Assembly: GCA_027021705.1 (NCBI GenBank)
Contig: JALUTT010000048.1
Location: forward strand, 1-64,000
Origin: Anaerolineae bacterium
GTDB lineage: Bacteria; Chloroflexota; Anaerolineae; S140-20
Reading direction: 5' to 3'
DNA: 64,000 bases
Under the pieces are notes generated by a model. It had not been told where the DNA came from. It did not search any database and saw only the letters and a list, made by a program, of their open reading frames with translations. The translations under genes were made by a program, and so were the position numbers. Below, piece after piece: positions 56,365-64,000 of the stretch (the first letter of the stretch is position 1; every line of letters begins with the position of its first letter).

Positions 56365-58596
56365 GTGGAGCGTGAGGAGAGAGAGCCTATGGAGGAGGCT
56401 GTGAATCGGTCGCCTGTGCGCCTATCCTTCGGATTACACGGGACCCTGGCGGTCAGGTTGGTCATCACCTTCATCCTCTTCGCCATCGTGCCCGTTCTTG
56501 TGGTGGGGGTGCCGGCGGCCTTCTGGTCCATCGCCCGCACCGAGCAGGGAGCTCTGGCCTCCCTGGAGGCCAGCGCGGTCCGGCAGGCCGAGGCACTGGA
56601 GGGCGCTATCCAGGATTGGCAGGCAGCGGTGGATGCCCTGGCGGCGGACCCAAAGGTGGCCATCAACCTTCAGGTTATGATGGGAATGGTAGAGGCCGAT
56701 GCACGCAAAGAGGCCCACGACAACCTGGTCTATCGCCTCGAACAGTTCCTGGCCGGCCACCAGAGCTTCCAGGATGCGATCATCGTGGATCTCGAGGGCA
56801 CCGCTCTCCTCTCCACGGCCTCCTATCGGGAAGGGGAAGACCTGAGCGCCGATCCTGCCGTGGCGTGGGCGCTGGGCCTGCCCATTCTCTCCAAAGCCGC
56901 CGTTCACTGGGGACCTGAGCAGCGGACCCCCGTCGTTGCTGTGCCGCTCCGCTTCTCCGCCGGTGATACTCGGGCCATCTTCGTGGCCTGGCTGGACGAC
57001 GATGCCGTGGCCCGTCTGCTCCAGGGGGCTGCCGTCACCTCGTTGTCCAGCCGGACCTATCTCTTCAGTCGCGAGGGGATGGTGGGGGCTGTGCCCGCCC
57101 TCGGCCCATCGGCGGCCGTCTCCTTTGGCTCCCCGGAGATTATGAGGGCTGCCCTGGTCGGCGGGTCAGGCGTTGCCAAGTACCGGAACGACGATGGGGT
57201 GGTGATGCTGGGGGCTTACCGTTGGCTGCCCACCTTGCGGATGGGGCTCCTGACGGAGGTCCCCCGCCAGGTGGTCGTAGAAGGCGTGATGGGCGCCATC
57301 GGCCGGGCCGTTGGTCTGCTCTACGTAGTCGGTTGGATAGGGCTGGTCGTCGCCGTCGCGATGGCCCGCAGCATCTCGATGCCTCTGGTGCGGCTGGCCC
57401 AGGCTGCCGAGCAGGTGGCTCAAGGGGACTTGAGCGTGCGCGTGCCCAGCGGGGGCCGGGATGAACTGGGGCTGCTGGTCCGAGTCTTCAACACGATGAC
57501 GGCCCAGTTGGAGCAGAGCGTCGGTGCCCTTGAGGAAGAGGTGGCGGCTCGCACGGCCAGCCTGCAGCGACGCACCTCCCAACTGGAGGCCACCATTGAG
57601 GTCACCCGTGTAGCCGCCTCGACGTTGGAGATGGACCACCTCCTCCAGCGCGTGGTGGACCTCATCTCCGAGCGCTTTGATTTCTATCACGCTGGCATCT
57701 TCTTGCTGGACGAGGGGGGCGAGTACGCGGTGCTGCGGGCAGCCTCCTCGGAAGGGGGCAAGCGGATGCTGGCCCGGGGCCACAAGTTGAAGGTGGGGGA
57801 GGAGGGCATCGTCGGTTACGTGGCCGAGACCGGCCGGCCCCGCATCGCTTTGGACGTGGGGGAGGATGCGGTTTGGTTTGACAACCCGGACCTGCCTCAC
57901 ACCCGTTCGGAGATGGCGTTGCCGCTGAAGGTGCGCGGGCGGGTCATCGGCGTGCTGGATGTGCAGTCCACCCAGGAGGCTGCCTTCACCCAGGAGGACA
58001 TCACCGTCCTCCAGGTGCTGGCCGACCAGGTGGCCATCGCCATTGACAACGCTCGCCTCTTCCAGGAGGCCCAGGAGAACCTGCAAGAGCTGGAGAGCCT
58101 CTACGGGCGTTACAGCCGGGAGGCCTGGGAGCGGTTGGGGCAGACCTACCCCATCGTCGGTTATCGCTACGACCCGTCGGGCCTTTCGCCCATCTTCGGC
58201 GACGGTGCCGGGGAGGGTGAGGCCGACGAAGAGGCTCCGATCCGCATCCCTCTAGAGGTGCGGGGGCAGGTGATCGGGACACTTGAGGTCTGGCCCGAGC
58301 AGGAGGCCCTGATCTCCGATCAGATTACCCTGCTCAAGGCGGTTGGGCTTCGGATCAGCCAGGCGCTGGAGAGTGCCCGTCTCTTCCAAGAGACGCAGCA
58401 GCGGGCCTGGCGCGAGCAGATGCTCCACCAGTTGACCGCCCGGTTCGCCCGTTCCATTGATCTGGATACGGTGCTGCAGACGGCGGTGCGTGAGTTGGCG
58501 CAGTTGCCTCACGTCGCCGAGGCCTCCATCCACGTGAGCCCCCCGGAAGTCCCTCCCCCGGCGAATGGGGGTGAGGAGGTAGCCCAGGATGAGTGA
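56365..58596 (+). CDS. Cache-HAMP receptor with GAF and split-GAF tail; no catalytic output
   Basis: Two TMs; GRDELGLLVRVFN; conserved GAF; GYRY...IPLEVRGQVIG. Confidence 0.88.
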   Translation: MEREEREPMEEAVNRSPVRLSFGLHGTLAVRLVITFILFAIVPVLVVGVPAAFWSIARTEQGALASLEASAVRQAEALEGAIQDWQAAVDALAADPKVAINLQVMMGMVEADARKEAHDNLVYRLEQFLAGHQSFQDAIIVDLEGTALLSTASYREGEDLSADPAVAWALGLPILSKAAVHWGPEQRTPVVAVPLRFSAGDTRAIFVAWLDDDAVARLLQGAAVTSLSSRTYLFSREGMVGAVPALGPSAAVSFGSPEIMRAALVGGSGVAKYRNDDGVVMLGAYRWLPTLRMGLLTEVPRQVVVEGVMGAIGRAVGLLYVVGWIGLVVAVAMARSISMPLVRLAQAAEQVAQGDLSVRVPSGGRDELGLLVRVFNTMTAQLEQSVGALEEEVAARTASLQRRTSQLEATIEVTRVAASTLEMDHLLQRVVDLISERFDFYHAGIFLLDEGGEYAVLRAASSEGGKRMLARGHKLKVGEEGIVGYVAETGRPRIALDVGEDAVWFDNPDLPHTRSEMALPLKVRGRVIGVLDVQSTQEAAFTQEDITVLQVLADQVAIAIDNARLFQEAQENLQELESLYGRYSREAWERLGQTYPIVGYRYDPSGLSPIFGDGAGEGEADEEAPIRIPLEVRGQVIGTLEVWPEQEALISDQITLLKAVGLRISQALESARLFQETQQRAWREQMLHQLTARFARSIDLDTVLQTAVRELAQLPHVAEASIHVSPPEVPPPANGGEEVAQDE

Positions 58597-60820
58597 TGGG
58601 AAGAAGACCAAGGAGCAGCTGATCGGAGAACTGCAGAAGCTACGCCGGCAGATCGCCGAGCTGCGAGAAGAGCGTCAGCGGACCGAGACGGAGCTCCTCC
58701 AGTGCTATCAGAGCCAGGAGGTGCTGAACGCTCTCTTCCAGCTCTCCTTGGAAGAGGCGACGTTGGAGGAGCAACTGGAGCGCGCTCTGGATGTCATCTT
58801 CACCACGCCCTGGCTCTCTATGTTGCCCAAGGGCAGCATCTTCCTCGTCGAAGATGATCCGGAGGTGCTGGTCCTGAAGGCGCAGCGGGGGCTGCCCCCA
58901 TCGCTGCAGACCAAGTGTGCCCGGCTTCCCTTCGGGCGCTGTCTCTGTGGCCGGGCCGCTGCCAGTGGCGAACTCCAGTTTGCCGACTGCGTGGACCACC
59001 GCCACGAGCACACCTACGAGGGCATCTCACCCCACGGGCACTACAACGTCCCGATCCTGCTAGAGGGTGAGGTGGTGGGTGTCCTCAACCTCTACGTCGA
59101 GGAAGGACACCGGCGGGATGAGCGGGAAGAGACTTTCCTGAAGGCGGTGGCCGGCACCCTCGCCAGCCTGATCAAGCGCAAGCGCGAAGAAGAAGAGCTG
59201 CGGCGAAGCCACCAGAGCCAGGAGGTGCTGAACGCTCTGATGCGCCTCTCTCTGGAGGAGACCTCGCTGGAAGAGCAGTTGGAGCGAGCCCTCGACGTGA
59301 TCCTCTCCACCCCCTGGCTCCCCGCGCTGCCGAAGGGGGGCATCTTCCTTGTGGAGGGGGATTCCGGCGAAATCGTGTTGAAGGCCCAGCGGAACCTAGA
59401 CGATCCGTTGCTGACCCTGTGCGCTCGGGTGCCCTTTGGCCGCTGCCTCTGTGGTCGGGCGGCGGCGAGCGGCAAGATCCAGTTTGCGGACAGGGTGGAC
59501 GACCGCCACGAGATCCACTTTGAGGGGATGGCCCCTCACGGCCACTACAGCGTTCCCATCGTCTTGGACGATAGGGTGGTGGGCGTGATCGTCGCCTACG
59601 TGGAGGAAGGGCACCGGCCGAACAGACAGGAGGAAGCCTTCCTGGAGGCAGTGGCGAACACGCTGGCCGGCCTGATCAAGCGCAAGCAGGCGGAAGAAGC
59701 GCTGCAGCGGGCTCACGATGAGTTGGAGCGACGGGTCGAGGAGCGCACCCGCGATCTGGAGCACAGAGCTGTACAGCTTCAAGTGGCCGCTGAGGTGGCC
59801 CGCGACGCGGCCACAGCCTGGGAACTGGATACCCTGTTGGAGCGGGCCGTCAACCTCGTTCGCGACCGATTCGGCTTTGACCACGTGGGCATCTTCCTGA
59901 CGGACGAGCGGGGCGGGTATGCTCTCTTGAAGGCGGCGACGGAGGAGATGGGCCGCCAGTTGCTGGAACAGGGATACAAGCTGAGGATCGAAGATGGGGG
60001 CCTCGTCGGATCCGCCATCGCTACCGGCGAACCCCAGGTCGCCCTTGATCTCGAGGCGGACGGCGAAGCTGCTGAGGTCCCCTTGCTCCCCCACACCCGG
60101 TCGGAGGTGGTCCTGCCGCTCAAGGTGGGGGATCAGATCATCGGTGCCCTTGATGTGCGCAGCACCGATAGCGCCGTCTTTGGGCAGGATGACGTGGCGG
60201 TCCTGCAGATCGTGGCCGACCAGTTGGCGGTGGCCATCGAGAAGGCGCACCTGCTCCACGAGATGGAGCAGACGGTCCACGAACTGGAAGCGGCCTATGG
60301 GCGTTACACCCAGGAGTCGTGGCGTGCCTTCGTCCAGAGCGCTGGACAGCCCTACGGCTACCGGTACCGAGGGTTGGATGTCGAACGGACCACGGAGCTG
60401 CACCCGGAGGCGCGGGAAGCCCTGCAGCAGGGCCGTTCGGTGGTCACCATCCTCCAGCCAGAGGTGGAAGACGGTCAGCAGAACGCCGTCAGCGCTCTGG
60501 CTGTGCCCGTCAAGCTGCGCGGTCAGGTGATCGGGGTCCTCAACCTGCGCTTCGAGGACAAAACCATCCTGCCGGAGACCATTTCGCTGGTAGAGGAGGC
60601 AGCCGGTCGGTTAGCCCTCGTGCTGGAGAGCGCCCGCCTCTTCAGCGAGGCCCAGGCCCGTGCTGAGCGCGAACGCCTGATCGCCGACATCACGCACCAG
60701 GTGTGGGCGGCGCGGGATTTCCAGCAGATTGTCGAGACGACCTTGCGTTCTTTGAGTCAGGTGCTCGGGGCCTCAGAGGCCGTCGTCCGTCTCCAGACCA
60801 ACGGGCAGCAAGAGGGGTGA
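58589..60820 (+). CDS. soluble receptor with two Cys-rich GAF repeats, conserved GAF and split-GAF tail
   Basis: No TM; two CARxPFGRCLCGRAA repeats; RFGFDHVGIFL GAF; GYRY...LAVPVKLRGQVIG. Confidence 0.88.
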   Translation: MSDGKKTKEQLIGELQKLRRQIAELREERQRTETELLQCYQSQEVLNALFQLSLEEATLEEQLERALDVIFTTPWLSMLPKGSIFLVEDDPEVLVLKAQRGLPPSLQTKCARLPFGRCLCGRAAASGELQFADCVDHRHEHTYEGISPHGHYNVPILLEGEVVGVLNLYVEEGHRRDEREETFLKAVAGTLASLIKRKREEEELRRSHQSQEVLNALMRLSLEETSLEEQLERALDVILSTPWLPALPKGGIFLVEGDSGEIVLKAQRNLDDPLLTLCARVPFGRCLCGRAAASGKIQFADRVDDRHEIHFEGMAPHGHYSVPIVLDDRVVGVIVAYVEEGHRPNRQEEAFLEAVANTLAGLIKRKQAEEALQRAHDELERRVEERTRDLEHRAVQLQVAAEVARDAATAWELDTLLERAVNLVRDRFGFDHVGIFLTDERGGYALLKAATEEMGRQLLEQGYKLRIEDGGLVGSAIATGEPQVALDLEADGEAAEVPLLPHTRSEVVLPLKVGDQIIGALDVRSTDSAVFGQDDVAVLQIVADQLAVAIEKAHLLHEMEQTVHELEAAYGRYTQESWRAFVQSAGQPYGYRYRGLDVERTTELHPEAREALQQGRSVVTILQPEVEDGQQNAVSALAVPVKLRGQVIGVLNLRFEDKTILPETISLVEEAAGRLALVLESARLFSEAQARAERERLIADITHQVWAARDFQQIVETTLRSLSQVLGASEAVVRLQTNGQQEG

Positions 60821-60851
60821 GTGGCAACGGGGCGTGTGAAGGGGTGATGTT

Positions 60852-63806
60852 ATGACGCTGACCGATACCGTCATTCTGTGGACTATTGCAGCGGCCAACC
60901 TCTTGCTGGGGGGGTACATCTTCGTGATGGACCCGCGTCATCGGGCCAACCGCTATCTGAGCGGGATGCTCCTGCTGGGGGCTCTCTACAATTTCGCCCT
61001 GGGGAGCATGGCGCGAGACCTCTTCCCAAAGCCCCAGCTTTGGCCCTTCTACGTGCTGGTGATTACGCTGCCGGTCATCAGCCCGATGATGGTTTTGAGC
61101 ACCATCGCTCTTTTGCAACCGATCTGGTTGGACAGCGGATGGGGGCGATGGATGGCGCGTCTCCTGCACCTCCTGATCCTGCTCCCTCCGCTGCTGGTTC
61201 TGCGCGATGAGCTCGGCCCTGGCCGCCTCTACTTCGCTCCTCCCGCTTCCTACGCCGGGGGCTACGTCGCTCCTCGGGCCTACCTCCAGCAGCCCTTGGG
61301 CTGGATGCTCTTCCTGCTCAGTGAGCGCTGGATCTCGCTGATCGCCCTGGCCACCATCCTCGTCACCCTCCTCTCGAGACGGGCATCTCCTCGTGTCCGA
61401 CGCCTGGCCAGCGGGCTGCTCGTCACCCACTTGGCCGTCACGGCACTCTTCCTGGGAGGACGCAGCCTTCTCCCCATCCCTTCCTTTTGGATTGCCTCGT
61501 TGGGCAGCGCCATCCTGGCCCTGATCTACACCCTGGTGGCCCTCCCTGGCTACCTCTCGAATGCCTTCTTCGAGCGATGGATCGCCAACATCCCGGTGGG
61601 ACGCAAGATGCTGTTGGTTAACAGCGTCCTGTCGGTGGCCGCCATTCTGATGGGGATCGGGGTGATGTGGAGCACAGAGGCCAGTCGCCGGATCCTCCGG
61701 GAGAAGCTGGATGCCGAGCAGACCAAGCTCTACCGGCTTAGCAAAATCGAGTCGTCCCTGCGGGAACTCCAAGGGCTCCACCTGCGCTTCTACGACCAGT
61801 GGCTGACGGCGAACCCCGATGTCCAGAATTTCGATTTCCTGCTGGTCCGCTATCAGGTACCTATGGGGAACGTCCTCGACCTCCTGGATCAGGACCTGGA
61901 GTGGCTCTACGGGGTGGAGGAGGATGAGCCGGCCGACGTGATGGAGATCGCTGCGATAGAGTCCCGTATGCAAGCCTATCGCCAGAGCCTGGCCGGCCTG
62001 ATTCAGAGCATGCGGATGGTGGGGCGGGTTGGACGGGAGGGGACCGCACGGCTACAGGCTATGAGCGACCTGGTGGAGGCCAACGGGTTGAGCACCATCT
62101 TGGAGACGGTGCACAGGGTCTGGCACTACCAGGATGCCTACCTGTTGAATCCGACGGACGATCAGGCCGAGGTGATCCAGGACGAGGTGGACCGGTTGAC
62201 GACCAGCATAGCGGCCCTCTCGGCGGATCAGCTTTCCGATCAGGATCGCGCCCACTTGAACACCTTGCTGATCGAATACCGCCAGCAGTTCCAGCAGTTC
62301 ATTGAGCTCCGTGCGGATGCCTCAGCGCACCTGGCCAGTCTGGAACGCGACAGCGAAGAGGCTCTTATGGCCCTGGAACGGCTGCGTTCCTACGAACAGG
62401 CCGAGTTCAACGAGTTGATGCGGGCCCTCAACGCCCGTCAATTGACCACCCGAGCCATCGTGCTGGGTATCCTGGCCCTGAGCCTCATCGCCACCTACTT
62501 CTTCAGTTGGAACATAGCCGACCAGATCAGCCGGCCCGTCCAGGTCCTGGCCGAGGTTGCTTCCCGGCTGGGGGCCGGGGAGCTGGACGCGCGGACCGGG
62601 ATGCGGCGGCAGGACGAACTGGGGGTGGTGGCCCTCCGGCTCGATCAGATGGCGGATCAGCTCCAGGGTCTCTTGAGCGACTTGGAGATTCAGGTGGCCG
62701 AGCGAACCCGGGCCCTGGAACGGCGGGCTACCCAGATCCAGGCAGTGTCCGAGGTGGGACGGGCTGTGGCTGCAGTGCGCCATCTGGATCAGCTGCTGGA
62801 CCGGGTCGTCCACCTTATCTCCGAGCGGTTCGGCTTCTACCATGCCGGCATCTTTCTGATGGATGAGGAGGGCCGCTGGGCGGAACTCCGCGCTGCCAGC
62901 AGCCCTGGCGGTCAGCAGATGCTGGCCCGGGGCCATCGGCTGGCGACGGGTGACACCAGCATCGTCGGTTGGGTGGCTCAGCACCGGCAGCCCCGCATCG
63001 CTCTAGACGTGGGGGAGGATGCCGTCTGGTTTGACAACCCCGACCTGCCCCAGACGCGCTCGGAGATGGCCCTGCCCCTCATCGCTGGTGGGGAACTGCT
63101 GGGCGTGCTCGACGTGCAGAGCACCGAGGCAGGGGCCTTCAGCGAGGAGGACGTCGAGGTTCTCCAGCTTCTGGCCGATCAGGTCGCCATCAGCATCGTC
63201 AACGCCCGCCTCTTCGTCCGGATGCAGGAGGCGCTCCAAGAGGTGGAAACGCTGAACCGGCAGCTTACCGGGCGGGCGTGGGAGGAGTTCGTCCGCGCCA
63301 CGGGCCTTCCCCCTGGCTACCGCTATCGGGCAACCCGCCTGGAGCCCCTCCGCGACGGTTCGGAGGATCCCGTCCTGGACCAGGCTGCCAAGCGCCAGCG
63401 CGTCGTAGTGGTCCAGCAGGATGGGCAGGCGGAGATGGCACTGCCCCTGGTGCTGCGAGGGCAGGTGATCGGTACCCTCGGCTTCCGGCGTCAGGACGGT
63501 CAGAGTTGGGATGCGAGAACCGTAGAGGTCGCCCAGGCTATCGTCGAGGAGATGGTTCGCGCCCTGGAAAGCGCCCGCCTCTTCGAGGAAGCCCAGGCCC
63601 GCGCCGCCCGCGAGCAGGTGACGGCTCGGGTCGTCGCCCGCATCCGCGAGTCGTTGGACCTGGACACCGTGCTGCGGACGGCCGCTCAGGAGATGCAGAG
63701 GGTGCTCAACCTGGCGGAGGTCGAGGTGCGAGTCGGCGGGGACAGGACGTCAGGACAGGCAGAGGATCAGCCCCCTGCTGAGCGGGGCGAGGGAGGGACC
63801 CGATGA
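60852..63806 (+). CDS. multi-TM (HisKA_7TM-like) + helical-bundle + HAMP receptor with GAF and split-GAF tail
   Basis: About 8 N-terminal TMs; helical extracellular region; RQDELGVVA; conserved GAF; GYRY...LPLVLRGQVIG. Confidence 0.87.
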   Translation: MTLTDTVILWTIAAANLLLGGYIFVMDPRHRANRYLSGMLLLGALYNFALGSMARDLFPKPQLWPFYVLVITLPVISPMMVLSTIALLQPIWLDSGWGRWMARLLHLLILLPPLLVLRDELGPGRLYFAPPASYAGGYVAPRAYLQQPLGWMLFLLSERWISLIALATILVTLLSRRASPRVRRLASGLLVTHLAVTALFLGGRSLLPIPSFWIASLGSAILALIYTLVALPGYLSNAFFERWIANIPVGRKMLLVNSVLSVAAILMGIGVMWSTEASRRILREKLDAEQTKLYRLSKIESSLRELQGLHLRFYDQWLTANPDVQNFDFLLVRYQVPMGNVLDLLDQDLEWLYGVEEDEPADVMEIAAIESRMQAYRQSLAGLIQSMRMVGRVGREGTARLQAMSDLVEANGLSTILETVHRVWHYQDAYLLNPTDDQAEVIQDEVDRLTTSIAALSADQLSDQDRAHLNTLLIEYRQQFQQFIELRADASAHLASLERDSEEALMALERLRSYEQAEFNELMRALNARQLTTRAIVLGILALSLIATYFFSWNIADQISRPVQVLAEVASRLGAGELDARTGMRRQDELGVVALRLDQMADQLQGLLSDLEIQVAERTRALERRATQIQAVSEVGRAVAAVRHLDQLLDRVVHLISERFGFYHAGIFLMDEEGRWAELRAASSPGGQQMLARGHRLATGDTSIVGWVAQHRQPRIALDVGEDAVWFDNPDLPQTRSEMALPLIAGGELLGVLDVQSTEAGAFSEEDVEVLQLLADQVAISIVNARLFVRMQEALQEVETLNRQLTGRAWEEFVRATGLPPGYRYRATRLEPLRDGSEDPVLDQAAKRQRVVVVQQDGQAEMALPLVLRGQVIGTLGFRRQDGQSWDARTVEVAQAIVEEMVRALESARLFEEAQARAAREQVTARVVARIRESLDLDTVLRTAAQEMQRVLNLAEVEVRVGGDRTSGQAEDQPPAERGEGGTR

Positions 63807-64000
63807 GCCAAGCGCAGCGTGGTCGTCGCCATCCCATCGGTGTGATCCGCCGGATGCTCAACCGTTTCCCCACCCTGACGGTTCGTTTCCGGCTACGACT
63901 GCTCTTCATCAGCATGGCCATCGCCCTGGTGGTCGCCGTGGGGAGCGGTTACCGGGCCTTCAATCGGATGCACAGCGACGTGACGGCCATCAACGTCGCC
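63803..64000 (+). CDS. 5' part of next receptor, probably NarX/PilJ-like sensor domain (truncated by window end)
   Basis: ATGA overlap; MSQAQRG...TM helix...DVTAINVA resembles the start of the NarX/NarQ P-box (AINxAG). Confidence 0.7.
   Translation, partial: MSQAQRGRRHPIGVIRRMLNRFPTLTVRFRLRLLFISMAIALVVAVGSGYRAFNRMHSDVTAINVA

Noticed and set aside
50843..63806. Pseudogenised histidine kinases or MCPs
   Set aside because: ORFs are intact, end at an equivalent conserved point and lack H-box or MCP hairpin remnants
886..63921. Many long antisense and alternate-frame ORFs (e.g. 24636-26738, 34068-35525, 54763-56322)
   Set aside because: Shadows of real genes in high-GC DNA, with no family motifs
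1..64000. tRNA, rRNA or known riboswitch
   Set aside because: None recognised by eye; an Infernal/Rfam scan would be needed to exclude them, especially in 165-312 and 46350-46575

Overview
GC-rich bacterial DNA. Gene content (C-terminal (Y/F)LPxVxR tails, DUF4058, expanded GAF proteins) suggests Chloroflexota, probably Anaerolineae-like; this is inference. Four blocks: (1) 0.3-26.9 kb, a + strand surface-protein island headed by a SARP/BTAD-ATPase-TPR-DUF1670-like regulator. It encodes an S16 (Lon-type) protease lipoprotein, three Calx-beta proteins, four 'FTYQGRL' fibre-like proteins (two with S74 autocleaving chaperones) and two 96-aa putative adaptor proteins, and is interrupted by a 1.5-kb non-coding array of 101-bp double-hairpin repeats. 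(2) 27-42 kb housekeeping: ABC1/UbiB kinase, ArsA/Get3-like ATPase, OmpR-type two-component pair, recO, cdd, CNNM/hemolysin-family protein, glmU, esterase, yjjX, UPF0175/PIN pair, DUF4058, thiI. (3) 41.9-46.2 kb, an ArsR-ino1-acyltransferase-GT4-CDP-alcohol phosphotransferase operon resembling the actinobacterial PI/PIM pathway. (4) 46.6-64 kb, a signalling cluster: two stand-alone receivers, one histidine kinase, an orphan ParA, and at least five receptors with different input domains, a shared GAF + split-GAF tail and no catalytic output. Block 4 is the best candidate for an undescribed chemoreceptor-array analogue. Several dispersed REP/MITE-like palindromic elements are also present. All family calls come from motif recognition by eye, not database searches.
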